DNA from: Podarcis vaucheri
Taxonomy: Eukaryota
DNA: 64,000 nt
Assembly (NCBI GenBank): GCA_965113315.1
Contig: OZ220368.1
Direction: 5' to 3' (one strand)
The position numbers and the translations under genes were made by a program. Position 1 is the stretch's first letter. Every line of letters begins with the position of its first letter. The notes below the pieces were generated by a model. It made no database searches. It worked only from the letters and a program-made list of their open reading frames with translations, and had not been told where the DNA came from. Positions 11,896 through 25,530 of this stretch are shown here, piece after piece.

Positions 11896-14800
11896 GTTAG
11901 ATAAAGCCCCTAGGGGACGATAGAGTCACTATTGTATGCTCAATGCTGGCTGAAGCAAAGCTAGCACAAGGTAACCAGCTCTTAACTTTGCTGGCTGAAG
12001 TGTTGTGGACCAATGAACTATTGGAGAGAGATGCCAAATGAGCTAGGGATCTTGCTTGATTTATTTTTGGCTCTGACGCTGATTCATCCTTGCAGTGAAA
12101 TGAAGAGGTAATTAGCTTCGGTCATGTTTGCTTTGGGGCGGGGGCGGAATTCTACTGGAAGAGCTGTGTTAAAATAGGTTATTATTGTATATTAATTAAT
12201 TTTATTTATTGTCAGAGTACAGAGTACTGAGAACTGTTCATACAGCTTGGTAGTCACTTTCCATGTGGTAGCTGCATAGTGTTATTTAGACATTTCCTCT
12301 GTTCCCATTTCCCCCCTGCTTCTGGTGCTTAATTTCTACTTTGGTGGCATCCAGCAGCTAAATGAATCTATCTTTGTGACACTTTCCCCCACCCTGAAAT
12401 ATGCTCCCTAAAAAGGGATAATCTTGCTGCAATTGGTTTTCATTTAAATGCTGTTTGCTTTGTGATTTCTCATTGTCTTTGCTGTAAGTGGAGATGCTCA
12501 GTCAATTGCAGAAGAAGATTGCGAGGAGGCGGCTTCTCCAGAGGCGGTGGCAGGAGCCCTACGAAATTATCTGAACTGTCGCAACTAAAAGACAAACTTT
12601 CCAGTTCTGCTCTCAACCAGCTCACTTCAGCAATTGTTTTACATATGCTTGTGGGGTCTGAACTGTCTGTGTCTGACCAGGAATGAGACCTTCTAAGCTT
12701 CTGTACTTATTCTGCATACACTCTTACTATCCCCTGCTCTTGTGAGGATTTCAAAACAAAGTCCTGGGGTGTGTGTGTTTTGCAACTGAGAGCTACCCGT
12801 CAGCCCTGGCAGGGTCTCAAGTGGTGGTTATTCATTCTTGGCCCAATAAGCCAACAGTTGAAAGAGAACAAGCCTTTAACATAAGGATTGAAGGTCAAGG
12901 GTGGCTTTCTCCTTGAGCACTTCTCAGGAAATTCCAAAGTAGCCATTTTACATAGTCCTTTCCCACTTCTTTGTGGGAGGCTTAAGGCCCTCGCTCCCCC
13001 CCCCCCACATACACCCTTAAATTGGCAGCGCAGGAGTTACTGAAGCTTTGGTCACCCCTTGATTAGCCTTATCACCATCTCAGTGTTGCCACAAGAAGCA
13101 ATTTAAGAGTCTCGGCATAAACCTCTCCCACATGGGTCACAGTTCTTCACATTCCCTCAGTGCTAAGGGAAAGACCTATGTTTAAGTGGCTCCTATGCCA
13201 TCACGAGCATGGCATAAGAAGCACACCTGCAACCTGCCCAAACCTCAGCAAAATCTACATATCTGCACTGCTATCCCTTTTCTTGTCTTCAGAAGTCTGT
13301 ATTTGCCAACCTGCCCTCAAAGGCGGATCTAGGGGAACGCAACCATTTTGGTCATACCAGGCATGGAACTTCTGGGGCATTGCAGCAGTCACTGCAACTA
13401 TGAAGTCCAATGGAAGGCGAAAGGGGGGGCAGCAGATGTAGGTGTTGCACAAAATGCAACTGAAATTTGAGATGCTAGAGTTCGCCACTGCTGCCATGTT
13501 GCACTGGCCACTTACGTCTGAGACTCCTTCACACTGTATGACTTTCTGGGGGAATGACCATCTTGTGTGCTATTGCCACTGAACTGGAGAGGACTAGAGG
13601 TTAGAGGGGGGCACACAAAACAGAGAAATACCAACAGAGTAAAGGAAGAAGTAGTGGTTACACAGGGGCTGAGATACCTGGTCGGGGCAGGGCGACAAAA
13701 AAATGTGGAGTAATACAGATGAGGATGTATCCTGCAGGGGCGCAGAGAACAAGAGACAAAGTGCTATGGAGTGGAGAGAGAGAAAGGGTGGTTTAAGAAA
13801 GACTAGCTGTATTGCAGAAGAGAAATCCTACTGTGAGGTGCAGAGAGAGAAATCAGAATGCTTTAAAAAGAAACATTTGGGTTAAGATTATAACAACAAA
13901 AAGCCCCCCCCCCCGCTGCAGTTAGCACAGTGGTGTGTCTCTCCTAGAAGTGTAAAAGTGTCTTTCTGAATGGTTTGTGCACCTGTGGCCTGGCACCACT
14001 GCTAGAAGGGGGCAGAGGAAGAGTGAACCAACCTGTGCCACTTTGCTACCACAAACACCTACCCACCCCCATTGTTTCCTTCCATCATAACTACAGAGGA
14101 GCATTGCAGCAAAACCTCTGTGCACATCTGGGACAATTCCTGCTTCCCAATGAGATAGGATTTCTCAAGCTGGGTGTCTAACTTGTGTCTTCAACTCCTA
14201 TATTCCCGAGACCCACATTCTGCCCCTGATCAAAAGACTGGTGCCAGCCTAGAAATCCCCCCTTTGATTTCACTGAGATTAAGCTCTAGAATTCATCTGG
14301 CCCCAAAGTTAAGAAAATAAGCCAGGGGTCTTTGATCTGGGAGCCCTCAGCAAGTATTTTCTTGTGTTATCTTGACTATTTGAGAGAGAGAAAATTAATA
14401 CTCTCCCTATCAGCCCCTCCTGTCTGTCACCCACTGCAGTACTGATCTTAGACCCATACATGACTTGTGTAAAGCCACTCAGCTTCTTTCTATCTTTTTA
14501 CCTCTTATTTCATTTGCATAGGAGATGTTGGTTGGCTGCTGGTGATGTCACCGTGCTGGGGAGTCAATAAGCAATTAGTGCTATGGATTTTGCAGTAAAA
14601 GGAGTTGAACCGTACACTGCTACTTAAGCCGTTTTCTATTACAGTAATTTACTCTTCAGCTCCCTTTCAACAGAGAGACCCATTTATCAGGCATCTGATG
14701 CTGTTTCTCAATCAGAGCAGAGAGGAATCTTGTAAGACTCCGAAGAAGAGGGGTACCTTGATGCAGGCTGCTGTGGCAGACCCCTCCTCTCCCCCCTCAA

Positions 14801-16483
14801 AAAAAGAAAAAGCCCTGCATTGAGAACCACAAAAAACCATCCTAATCTAACATATCTCTATGAAAACTCTATAGCTTGATGACAAAATACACAATCTCCC
14901 ACTCCCCCCCCCCGGGCACTGCTGCAATTGCATGTTGCCCAACTGCTTCACGACAGAAAGGTAATCAGTCTTTGGGCAAAATGTTTTTTTGTGAACAGGG
15001 AAGGAATCTTTCTTTGTTCCACCAGTCCTTAAGCAGCCAAGGAACACACTGAACTATTAAGTCCACAGCCAAGGAAGTTGCAGCACGCTTGTGAAATGAT
15101 TTGGGGATGGCAAGGAAGTCATCTAATGGATGGATGCATGGGTGACAGGCTGGCACTCATATTTGCTAACTCGGGCTGCAAGCCTCACTTTCAGTCAAAC
15201 ATTGGCTGCCATGCCAGGAACCAAACAGAGAAAGGAGCATCGACTCCAGCTTGCTCCCCTTCTAGTGCTGATTTATTGCTTTGTGGGTTCATCACACAGG
15301 CCGAACATCCGTGTCCTCATGATGGAGTAGCTGCTTCTTTGTGCTGTCCTCCAAGCACCCACAAATCTGCCTGCCAAGAAGAGCCTCAGTCATGGAAACC
15401 TGGGCTGTGGCCACTGATCTAGCAGCTTTTAAAAAGACCTTTCTGTGTTACCCTTTTTCCTTCAGTGTCTCTTCCAGCTGATGCAATATGCAGCATAATT
15501 CAGTGGTGTTCCTTAGGAGTGCGTGTCTTTAAAGAGGAGTACAGTGTGCAGGTTCAGAAATTGCTGTGGAAGTGGCAAGGTGTTTTGGGGTTGTTGTTTT
15601 TTAATAAGTTAGCATGTACAAATGTGCACTGTCAATCCTTCACATAAATAACTTACAGCTTGGCAGTAAGTACGTGTGTGAGTGTTGAGTGTTTGTGAGT
15701 CAGTAGACACACTTGAAACATTGCACACCAATGCACTCATTTATGCACCAGTGCCTAGATACAAGCATGTATCTACAGTGTACATAGGCACTGCAAGAGC
15801 ACACTCCCATAATCTTCACAGTGCTCTCCCAAGCCCCTCCTCTCCGTCTACATTTTCCACCAATAAATTCCTTCTTCACACAGCCAATCAGAGTGCTAGG
15901 CAACAGATGATATTTTGGGATGAGGGCTCAGAACTACCTAAGCAGCCTCTCAGGGCTCTGTCTGTGCAGAGAATTGAACAACTCATCTGAATGCCAAGCT
16001 GAAATTTTTATTTTTTTTAACCCACCCACCCACTCCCCTGCACAATCTTCTTTTACTTGTGCTAAGCATGTTACATCAGATTTGATCTGAATAAATATCC
16101 TCATGCTCGTGGATGGATCTGAGAGGAGAACGCAATTTTCAGATTGAAGCCTGTTGATTTCATTGGGATAAATAAAAGGATGCTTTGTTTGTAGTTTTTG
16201 TTTTAGTGCCTTGATACTTTGCTGAATCTCAAAGTGCTTTGCAGATTCCATTTATTTTCACACCATTACTGCCCATGCTAATTAGCCACACTACACAGAG
16301 AGGCTTGGGCATCAGCTTCTTCTGGGATAACAAGCAATAATACAAAATGAGGGCAGTTCCCAGAGTCCTGACTATTCCCTTCTGCCTTAATGTGAACACT
16401 GTCACCTTCAGCACCCTCCTTCTCCCTTCTAATTAGGGGCACCCACCTTGAAATCAACTCTGTACTCCTCCTGACTATCAAGC

Positions 16484-16520
16484 CACACACACACGCACAC
16501 ACGCACGCACACACACACAC
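16484..16520. repeat. Imperfect (CA)n/(CG)n microsatellite
   Basis: cacacacacacgcacacacgcacgcacacacacacac. Confidence 0.95.
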
Positions 16521-19500
16521 CCTGTGCCATTAATCCCCCATGGGCCAAGTTTAAACAGTGGGTGGAGCAAGCCATCCATCAATCACCTGCTGTTACAGTG
16601 ATCTCAGGTGAGCCTTTTTTTGCCCCATGTGTTTTGAAATCAAAGTGTGCAGGCAAAGATGTAGCCCACAAAGCGCTGACAGTCAGCTGATTGTCGGGTC
16701 TTGCAGAGCCCTCAGTGGGTGCTTGCAAAGCCCATTTCAGCTGAGCCAGGTCTTGCTTCATAATGTCAGATGTAGGTCATGTGGGTATGGTGGGCCTGAG
16801 GTTCCCTACCCCTGATCCCCAAGAAAGCTAAACGTTTTGAGAATCTTCGACAGCACCCACTTTTCACTAGGTAGGAGCCATAGTGAAATAATCTGTTTTT
16901 CACTGATTTCCTGACCGGTAGCTCTTGTTTGTCTCCAATGCCGCTGCACAGTTCCTGTGCAAAATGCATTTGCCAGGTGTGCTGAATGCTACTGACTCCC
17001 CATACTAGTAATTCATAAACATCTCTGTTTATGAATTGTCTATTCTAGTCTTTATGCTTCCCTTTGCAAAGAGAGTCTCTTCTGTGGTTCAGTTTCTCAA
17101 TATCAGCAGTGGTGGCCCAATAAATTTCCTTGCCTGAAGTGAAGCTTAAATGGCCTCCAGCCTGTACCTTTGTATCCTTTGACAAGTCTTGGTGCTCCAG
17201 TCAGACACCAATCATGGCCTTCATCTTTCACTCCCTCCTGGTGCAGGTTGCTTCTCCATGCTGTGTGGCACTGACAGCACTAGCCCTGGTAACAAAGAAG
17301 TTTCTGGATTAGGTCAATTGCTCATACCTATCTTCATAAATTTATATATGACTCTGGGGCATTTCTAAAAACTGCTTCAACCAATTACTACTTAGTGGAT
17401 AGCTCAGGCCACAATCCATTATAATGCAGGCACCTAGAGGATATTTGAATGGCATCTGGGTGTGCATTCACAAATACTCTGGTGCATTGTCTGAACATTG
17501 ATGTGCATCTGATTTTGGTTTCTGTTTCACATCTTGCAAGTGTCAGACAGGTGAAAATCTGCTTCTTTGCATGGATCTTCTCAAAACAGGCAAGGAAGTA
17601 TGGATGGGGTGGTGAAAAGGGGAGAAGATGACAATTTTGTTGCCTTTCTCCTGTCATAAAAAGTAAGGTAGCAGTAACTATTTTTCATGGGTCTAGGCTT
17701 GTCTTCTACTTCTGATTTTATCGTTTCAGCATCTTAATGTTTAAGCTAAAGCCCTTTATACTGGCAGGCGCCATAAGAAGGGAACTCAGACGTTTCTGCC
17801 ATTCACTGGAGGAGACGGAGGGACACAAAAAAGCTCTTGTGGGTGTAGACAGTTCTGTGAGCACCAAACTGCCAGGTGAGGTAAATTGCTAAATTTACTA
17901 TCTCCTATTTGACGCTCACTTAAATGTGGCTGCTGATGGTGTATCGAAAGGGAGAGATGGAAAGCATAATTTGCACTAACTGTGACACATTGGCCAGAGG
18001 AGAATTAATTGATGGAGCACATTCCGCAGCTAATTTGACTGCTATTATCTATTGAAAAGCACGAGAGAGGTAAGCTTATGTATGGATACATACAGGCACA
18101 CACATGTGAGTGCACTGGCAAAGTAGCATGCCATAACAAAGCAGAGGAATGGAAAAGGAAATGTAACTTCAACTTGGAAGTTCAAATGCATTTTGTAGAC
18201 AAACGCTTGTGGTGCTTGTTGACTGAAGGTGATGCCCTTAGAAAACATCTGCAAAACTTAATCTTCTGTCTTGGGGTGGGATGATAATGTTTGCTTGTTA
18301 GAATGGCTTCTTTGATGACCCATGCATTCATAGAGTTATAGAGGAGCAATGTGTAGCTGGATCTCAACAGCTGTGTCAGGGGCTACGTGGTTCAAAATTT
18401 CACTCGAGGGCTGCACTCGCTCTGCCAGAATATACAAGTAACTTTCATCCTACACTTATTTAACTTACATGATCACAGCTTTGAGGTGGGGGGATAAATA
18501 AATGGAGAGCAGAGGAAACCCACTCTCCATTTATTTCACCCCAACCAAGTTGTGATTGCTGGCTTCAGGAAAGCAATGTGGGGGCTCAGACAGTATCCCA
18601 GAGCCCTCATACTGCCTTTCCAAAGTCAGGTAAGCAGCCCTCTGCCTTGCAAGGGGGCTGGTTCCAGGGTCTCCTGGCTTTACACATTTTTACCTATATG
18701 TGTGGACTCCTGTAACCAAACCCTCATGTAAGATGCAAGCTACCTGTAGTTTTAATCCAACAGTACAAGGGCTTTAGTAGTGATTCCACCCTCATCTTGT
18801 TGATATAACCCAAGGATAGAATCAATCTGAAAGAGGCCAAAATCTTGAGCTGAACTGTATTTCAGTCTAGCAACTCTCATTTTAATTGTCAGAACAGTAC
18901 ATTTAGGAAGTATGAATGAAAATATAAAGAGTGCCTTGCCCTCTAAAACACTGGGACTCGGAGTCAATTTAGAGTAGCAATTAAGCAACTGAGAATCTAG
19001 CTCACTCCAACAATTTGAGTACGACATCCAGCTTTGGACAAATATTCTGGTACAATCCTCAGGGTTTCAACAGCAACAGAGTATCAGAAGGGCACCTGTA
19101 GACGGTTGTTTTCACTGCATTCCTGATCAGCTGTTTTTGCCCCTAACTGGTTAAGGCTCCCTATTTTAGACACAAGATGGGGCCTTCTCCATGGTGGTGC
19201 CCTAACCTTAGAATGCCCTTTCTCAAGTAGGGTGGCCTGTTATGCATCAGCAAAAAAGGACAAAAAAGACACAACGTTTCTTAAAGCAATTTATATGTAT
19301 TGTAATTTGTATGTGCAATAATTTATATGTACAATATTTCAGGGGGGAGGAAATGCTATACTTTAAATATCAATGCAATCTATCTCCCCATAGTGGGGAA
19401 GACACTAGGTGACTTGTGTGCCTGTTCTTCTCCTGACAAGGTGCTGTTAATCGTTGATAGGCAACTTCAAGTCTCCTCCTCTCCCATTTTATGGCGGCTT

Positions 19501-22419
19501 ATCTTTGAACCAGACTTGGTCTGGACTGTCTCAAATACAGGGCACCTTCAAGTAGAGACTGTCTTCTGACAACCCTTCAAAATAGAGGCCCATCTCTGTA
19601 AAAGTAAGACACAGAGCAATGCAAAGAGGTGTGCTCGGTGCCAACTTAATTGATATTCCACTACCAGACTGAAACCCACCTGGGCATTTATGAATGGTTA
19701 GTCGCCACTGTGTTGAATATGCAATGGTCATTATTAGATCTGCCGTTGACTGTCTTTTCTTGTTGCTAAGTGTTTTACTGGCTTTATTACTTGTCTTTTA
19801 TTTTCATACTTCTATGGTTGTTGGTTTTACTATTGTTGCAGCTGCCCTTGGGATTTATTCGCAGGGCAGGATAGAAATATAACTAAATGGAGTTTTGTGT
19901 CTTGCGCTGCTTCGTCTACTGCAGCCTTCCTGACCCGAACTAGTGCTTTGCTTGTGGCATCCTGTACTACTTTTCCCACCATGTTGTTTGCCCATGTTTC
20001 AAGATCCCAGCTTGGTTCCAGTATGTCCTTGATATTCCACTTGAGAATATCCTGTGGTTGAGATTCCTAATTTTGACCATTTTCATAAGAAAACACATGA
20101 GCGTTGAGAAAGTGTCCCTGCATGAGAGTACTGTACTGGAACCTGGGAGAGCCTTAGCTGGGCTTGCTTTGATTATCACACTAGACAACTATTCAGCTGA
20201 ATATTAGTTTCTCTTTTTTTCTAGTTGAAGGAAAGTTCCTAAAGAGGAAGAAGGGAAAAACTCTCCTCCTGCAAGTTCTTCCCTTGCCTTTTTAAAGAAT
20301 CAGTTTTGCCCAGATATATTGTAATGTGTAGTCATGTACTGTAGTGGCTTATTCCCGGATGTCAGCAGAGAGAATGAATTACAAAACAAAGGGTAAAATC
20401 CCATCTAATCCCATCTGAGACCCTTAGTTAGTTTTAACAACATTTTGATTTCACACTGAAAATTGAGTGGTGCATCTCCTTTTGCATCACCCATTAACTC
20501 CTGTTATGTGTTTGGTGCAACCCTGGCCGAAGTACGAAAGGCCAGTCTTGTCACTGGTCTGTAGAAACAGGTGTTGGTATTGTATAAGTACCACTTGGGG
20601 CAATTGTCAGGCTGGTCAGTGGATCTGCTATTGCTCTGTGCTTACAATGACCTCTTTTTTTGCAATACTTTGCAATCTGCCTAGGAACAGACCTGTATGA
20701 ACAAGAATTAGGTCATGGCTCTTTAAGGATTAGGAAGCTTTCTAGCAGGCCATTGTCTTTTGAGCTGCAAGGGGATATTCCCATTGGCTTTGATAGCTGC
20801 TATAGCCAGGCAGAAGAAGCCTGTGATGGATCCATGGTGATAGGCTAAGAAGAGCCAGCCCATTTGTGCTTGGTTTCTACCTCTGTGTGAGGGAACTCTG
20901 GCACAATGAGAACCTCCGGCTTCCTAGCTCATTGTGTAACTGACACTCATCTGACAAACGTTTCTATTCACACAAAAGTTGTGTACACACTAACTCATAT
21001 GTAGCACAAAAATATGTTCTTGCTCAATACTGAATCATTCTCATCCTCAACATGCTGGTTTCAATCTAGATTGATTCCAGGTCCTGCCACCTGCAAGGGC
21101 GGATGGGGTTGCCTGCGACATGTTTGAAAATCCTCCCTGTGCATGGGGCAGGAGAAGGAAGATGATTGTGATCTTGGCATGTGCATACCCACAATGTCCT
21201 TGGGCAGGTGTGGCTACCCTGTGGCTACCCTGGTAATTACCAGTACCACCAGCGGACACACTGTGGGGTAATGCAGAATCAATGAGCTTTCATTTTTGGA
21301 ATGAAACCAGTTTTTCAAGAAAAATTTGCAATGGAACTAGATTGTTTGTGGACTAGATAGAAAAAACAAGCACTGAGTCTTATTGATTCCAGAATAAAAT
21401 GTTGTGTGTACACAGCCCAACACTAATTCGCTTTCTCCTGAATTATGAATGTAGAGTTATGAGAGCACCAGCTGTTTTTCACCTGCAATGAATCCTTCAA
21501 AAAATAAATAAATGTTAATCTCACCCGCAGCCTGTTCACTCAGTGGCACTCTACCTTAGCCTGGATGTCTGTGTGTAACAATAGTATGTTGTTAACCTTC
21601 CTGAGTTATCATGTTAGCCTGAACAGGAACAGGGTCCTAGTGCACACATAGCACTTCAGGGCCAGATGAAATCTGGCTGGAGATAACACTGGGCTGTAGG
21701 AAGTGCTCCAACCCTGCTTTAATGACTTCCGCCTTGGCATTGTGTCATTTGCCTTTCTATCTATGCAGCCATCCTCGCCAAAAGACAAGATTCTCTCTTG
21801 TTTGAGCATTGGGGCATTCATTATAATGACCTTGCAGAATCTCAATGGCACTGCTACAGCAGCCCATATGTATGATAGAGCACACAGTTATCTTTCAGTA
21901 TATCCAGTGCTATTAAAAATAAAAATGAAAAAAATGAAAATTCTCTTTCTTGTGTTCTTGCATTCTCCATTACTCCACCCATAATGAAACTAATAGCTTG
22001 AAATCCAGTGTGCAACCTTTTTAATATTTGCATTCATAAAGCTCACATTCTTAAATGTATGCTATAACCAGAAACATTTGAATAGCTTCATATCACCAAG
22101 CTTTAAAGCTGGACAGAGGACCGCAAACTTACCTTGGTTGTAGATTGTATTCTAGGCAAATCCTTGGTAACCCCGCCTTCTGAGTTAAAGAAAAGCAGCT
22201 AAATAAGAGATCATTAACCAACACTGTATGAAACCTGAGCTGCTAGGTTGCTTCTTGCAAGATCTTAAACTGATTAGAATGATTTAGGGAGGTGTTTGAA
22301 TTGCAAATTTAAGCTTGTTTGACACTGGCCGCTGAAGTGCTCAGCTCCTCAGATTAGAGTGTGTAGCTGGAGCCTAGCAGTTTTTAAAACTGGTTTAACC
22401 TGACAGATGGCTGCCAAGA

Positions 22420-22660
22420 CTGTTGAAATACCTCCAGCAAAGGAGTACCTACCACCTCCTGAGGCAGTCTGTTCCACTGTCAAACCGTCTGTGCTGTTAG
22501 GAAGTTGTTTCTAATGTTTAGTTGGAATATGCTTCCTTGCAGTTTCCACCCATTGATGGAATTTGCCCTGCGCTTCAGAGTAACAGAAAACAAGTCATCT
22601 CCATCTTCTTTGTGTTAGCCTTTCAGATACTTGAAGATGTTTAATCTTGTCTTCTCTAGC
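22420..22660 (-). mobile_element. CR1 LINE ORF2 3' fragment (degraded)
   Basis: ctgaggcagtctgttccactgtc...ttaggaagttgtttctaatgtt...cctttcagatacttgaagat is the antisense of the CR1 C-terminal region (FKYLKG...RNNFLT...WNRLP). Confidence 0.75.
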
Positions 22661-22689
22661 AAACAGGAGGCAGATCCATGCCATATAAC

Positions 22690-22850
22690 AGCCAATGCAC
22701 ATTTAAAGCACATGGCTCCCCCCCCCATAAAATCCTGAGAACTGTAGTTTCCCCCCTCCAAACACCCTTAACAAACTACAGTTCCCAGAATTCTTTGAGG
22801 GGACGCCGTGTGTTTTAAATACCGTATGTGTTGAATGTGCTTTAAATATG
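22690..22850. mobile_element. Palindromic non-autonomous DNA element (gaactgtagttt / aaactacagttc family)
   Basis: Internal inverted repeat ctgagaactgtagttt...aaactacagttcccag and outer catttaaagcacat...atgtgctttaaat. Related copies near 24900-25055, 26500-26640 and 50450-50610. Confidence 0.7.
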
Positions 22851-25449
22851 GGAAATTCTTATGTGGTGTGGACCTGCCCTTTAAATTCACCCAACTCTTT
22901 CGACCATCTCAAAAGACTTTGTTTCCACAGCTCTCAGAATTTCAGCACAGGAAAAAAAGGATACCTGTATTTTCAAGGTATCTCTTTTGCTCACTTATCC
23001 ATTTTCAGTTCTGCATTTATCTGCTGGTGGGGATGGAGGAATGACAAAGGAAATTACTGTCCAGGTAGACTTTGGGATGCAAAACACATGATCGCAGGTA
23101 TGTGTAGAGGTGGCAGGGGAAGGAGAATATGTTTTCAATGAAAAGACTTTCAGGGAGTGATGTTTGCCTTTGTGATGATGGGCTTCGACTGAAATTACTT
23201 AATCATTCAGGTAACAGAGAAGTGATGATGATGATGATTCATTTCATTTTTATACCGCTTCATATTTTAAAGAAAAGATCTCAAAGTGGCTTACAAAACA
23301 TTAAAGCATCAAACAAAACAATCCAGAATTTGTCTGTGTAGCAACTGTGATTTGCATTAGTGTCCTGATGGTGGAAATTGTGTGTGGCTCCTGGGTTTCA
23401 TGTCCCTGGATTATTTACTCAGTCTTCAGGTTTGTCTGCCAGGGTCACTTAGCTCACTATGGGATGCATGGTGGCCCTGTGTCTTTGCTGTCTGCTTTTT
23501 TATTTATACCTGCCGTGTAAATAAAGCCCAAGTCCGTCAGAGTCATGAGCTCATCTGTTATATTTGGTGGTGATGAGAGAAGGGTAAATAAATGGGAACG
23601 CCTTGGACTCATCTCACAGACACAATGGGGCCAGGCCGCCGCTCATGAGTCATGCTTTCTCCTTGTCGTTCCTGGAGACAAAGCCCCACTGAGGTCCCTG
23701 AGACAGAGCTGGCATTTGGAAGCATTTACTTTCTCCCAGTTTAAGGAGCATTACATCAGCCTGAGCCCCAGGTGCTAACATGAATGTCATCTGGAAAGAA
23801 CCTACCTATGTCAGTCAACTTTTCATGAAAGTGTGATTTCCCTGTAACATCAGCAGACGCCTCGTCCCTTCCCACCCACCCACCCACCTCTTATTTTAAT
23901 CTCATGAACAGAACCAGAACTTGGCCTTGAGTTTCAGATTCCACAGTGACAGGGCTCTGTGATGTTCAGATCTGAGATCAAACACACCTCCAGACCTCCT
24001 CATCTCACTCCCGGCTTTGAGTGGGTGTCACAATTTTTCAAGCTAATTTTCTGTGCTTTCTGTGGACAGCTCTGTTTAGCTTTGTCTTTGCTGACGTTTT
24101 CTAAACATTGCTATCAGCATTAAACTGTCCAAGAGCAGTGGTTGCACTTCAACAACTCAGCGTCTCTGGGGTGAGGATCAAATTCTGACAAGTCCACGAG
24201 GTGGCGAGGTTGGCGCAGTGCAAATGAACTGGCTTAGCTAAACTGGTGCTCCTGCCAGCTCCAGTTCATTCCCCGGTTTGAGGGGGGAGGAGTGTTGGGG
24301 TACCACAAACTCTATGGATCCTTTGGATCCATAACTTTCCCATAGTCTGTTCCCAAACCATCTCCACATCCCTCTTTTTCCCCAGTCTTACCGACATCAG
24401 AGCTCTTGCAGAGAGAAGTGGCAGTGAGGAGGGGGAAATGTGACATTGAAATCGAAAGAGTTGAAGCTCTTTCTCCATCTTAGTGAGGAAGATCCAGTGC
24501 ACTCTGTGGTTGCTGAGATACCATCTGAGAAGCCATAGAACTGCAGGGTGAGATTTCTTTCATTAGGGCATTGTACCCAAGTGCACCAATTCCTAGTTTA
24601 ACCAGTTGTCTACTGAATACATTCAGTGTATGCATTCCCACAACTGAGGACTGCAACAAAATGGCACCATGTGGGAATGCTCCTGTTCAAGCTTTCTGTC
24701 CTGCCTCAGGCTCACCGCCCACAGACAGCGGCTCTTTCTTGTAAGTAATAAAGATATCTTTATTCACACATGCAACAGTACAGGCTTGGCTGCGTTCAGG
24801 AGACACAATTCAGGATTTGAGGAAACAGGCACAACATTCAGACCTGGACTGAATCCAGTGAAGATATCCAACAGTTTCTATAGCCCACCCACCAAACTTT
24901 TGAAGATGAGGTGTGACACTCTCTTCCCCCTCGCCCAAAGAATGCTGAGAACTGTAGTTTAGCCCTCACAGAGATACAGCTCCCAGCAGAACCCTAAATA
25001 CACAATACTGTCCCCGGGATACTTGGGGAGTGCTGTAAAAGTATAGTGTGTACACAGCTTTAGGATCAAATTATTTGTTTTGACTAGGGCTGGAGAGGGA
25101 GGACGTGGGAGTAGGCAATGATAGTCTGTAGTCATCTATAAGTTCCAGTGGGAATGCATTCACTTGTGTCACCCCTTTTGCAAGCATAATGGTATGATGT
25201 CATGATTGACCCCTCAACAAGGCATAGGTTTCTGACTGATCTTTATTCTTCCCCCACCACACCCCAAACTCCCCCCAATCTTTCCTCTTTCATGGCACCA
25301 ATAGCAGCCTTCCACCAGGGAAAGGGCATTCTTAGACCAGCATATTTGAATAGTCATAGATATATTCTGCTGATGTTGCATGGTGTTCTGCCAGTGCAAG
25401 GCTGTTTAGGAGCAACCCTGTCCCGCCCAGCAGGCATAACTCAACATGC

Positions 25450-25530
25450 AAGAGATCCCTTCATTGCAGGGAGTTGGACTAGATGATTCTCGTGGTCCCT
25501 TCCAACTCTACAATTATGTGATTCTGTGAA
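25450..25530 (+). mobile_element. CR1-type 3' tail (LINE or CR1-mobilised SINE)
   Basis: gggagttggactagatgattctcgtggtcccttccaactctacaattatgtgattctgtga, ending in the CR1 terminal octamer-like repeat. Confidence 0.7.
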
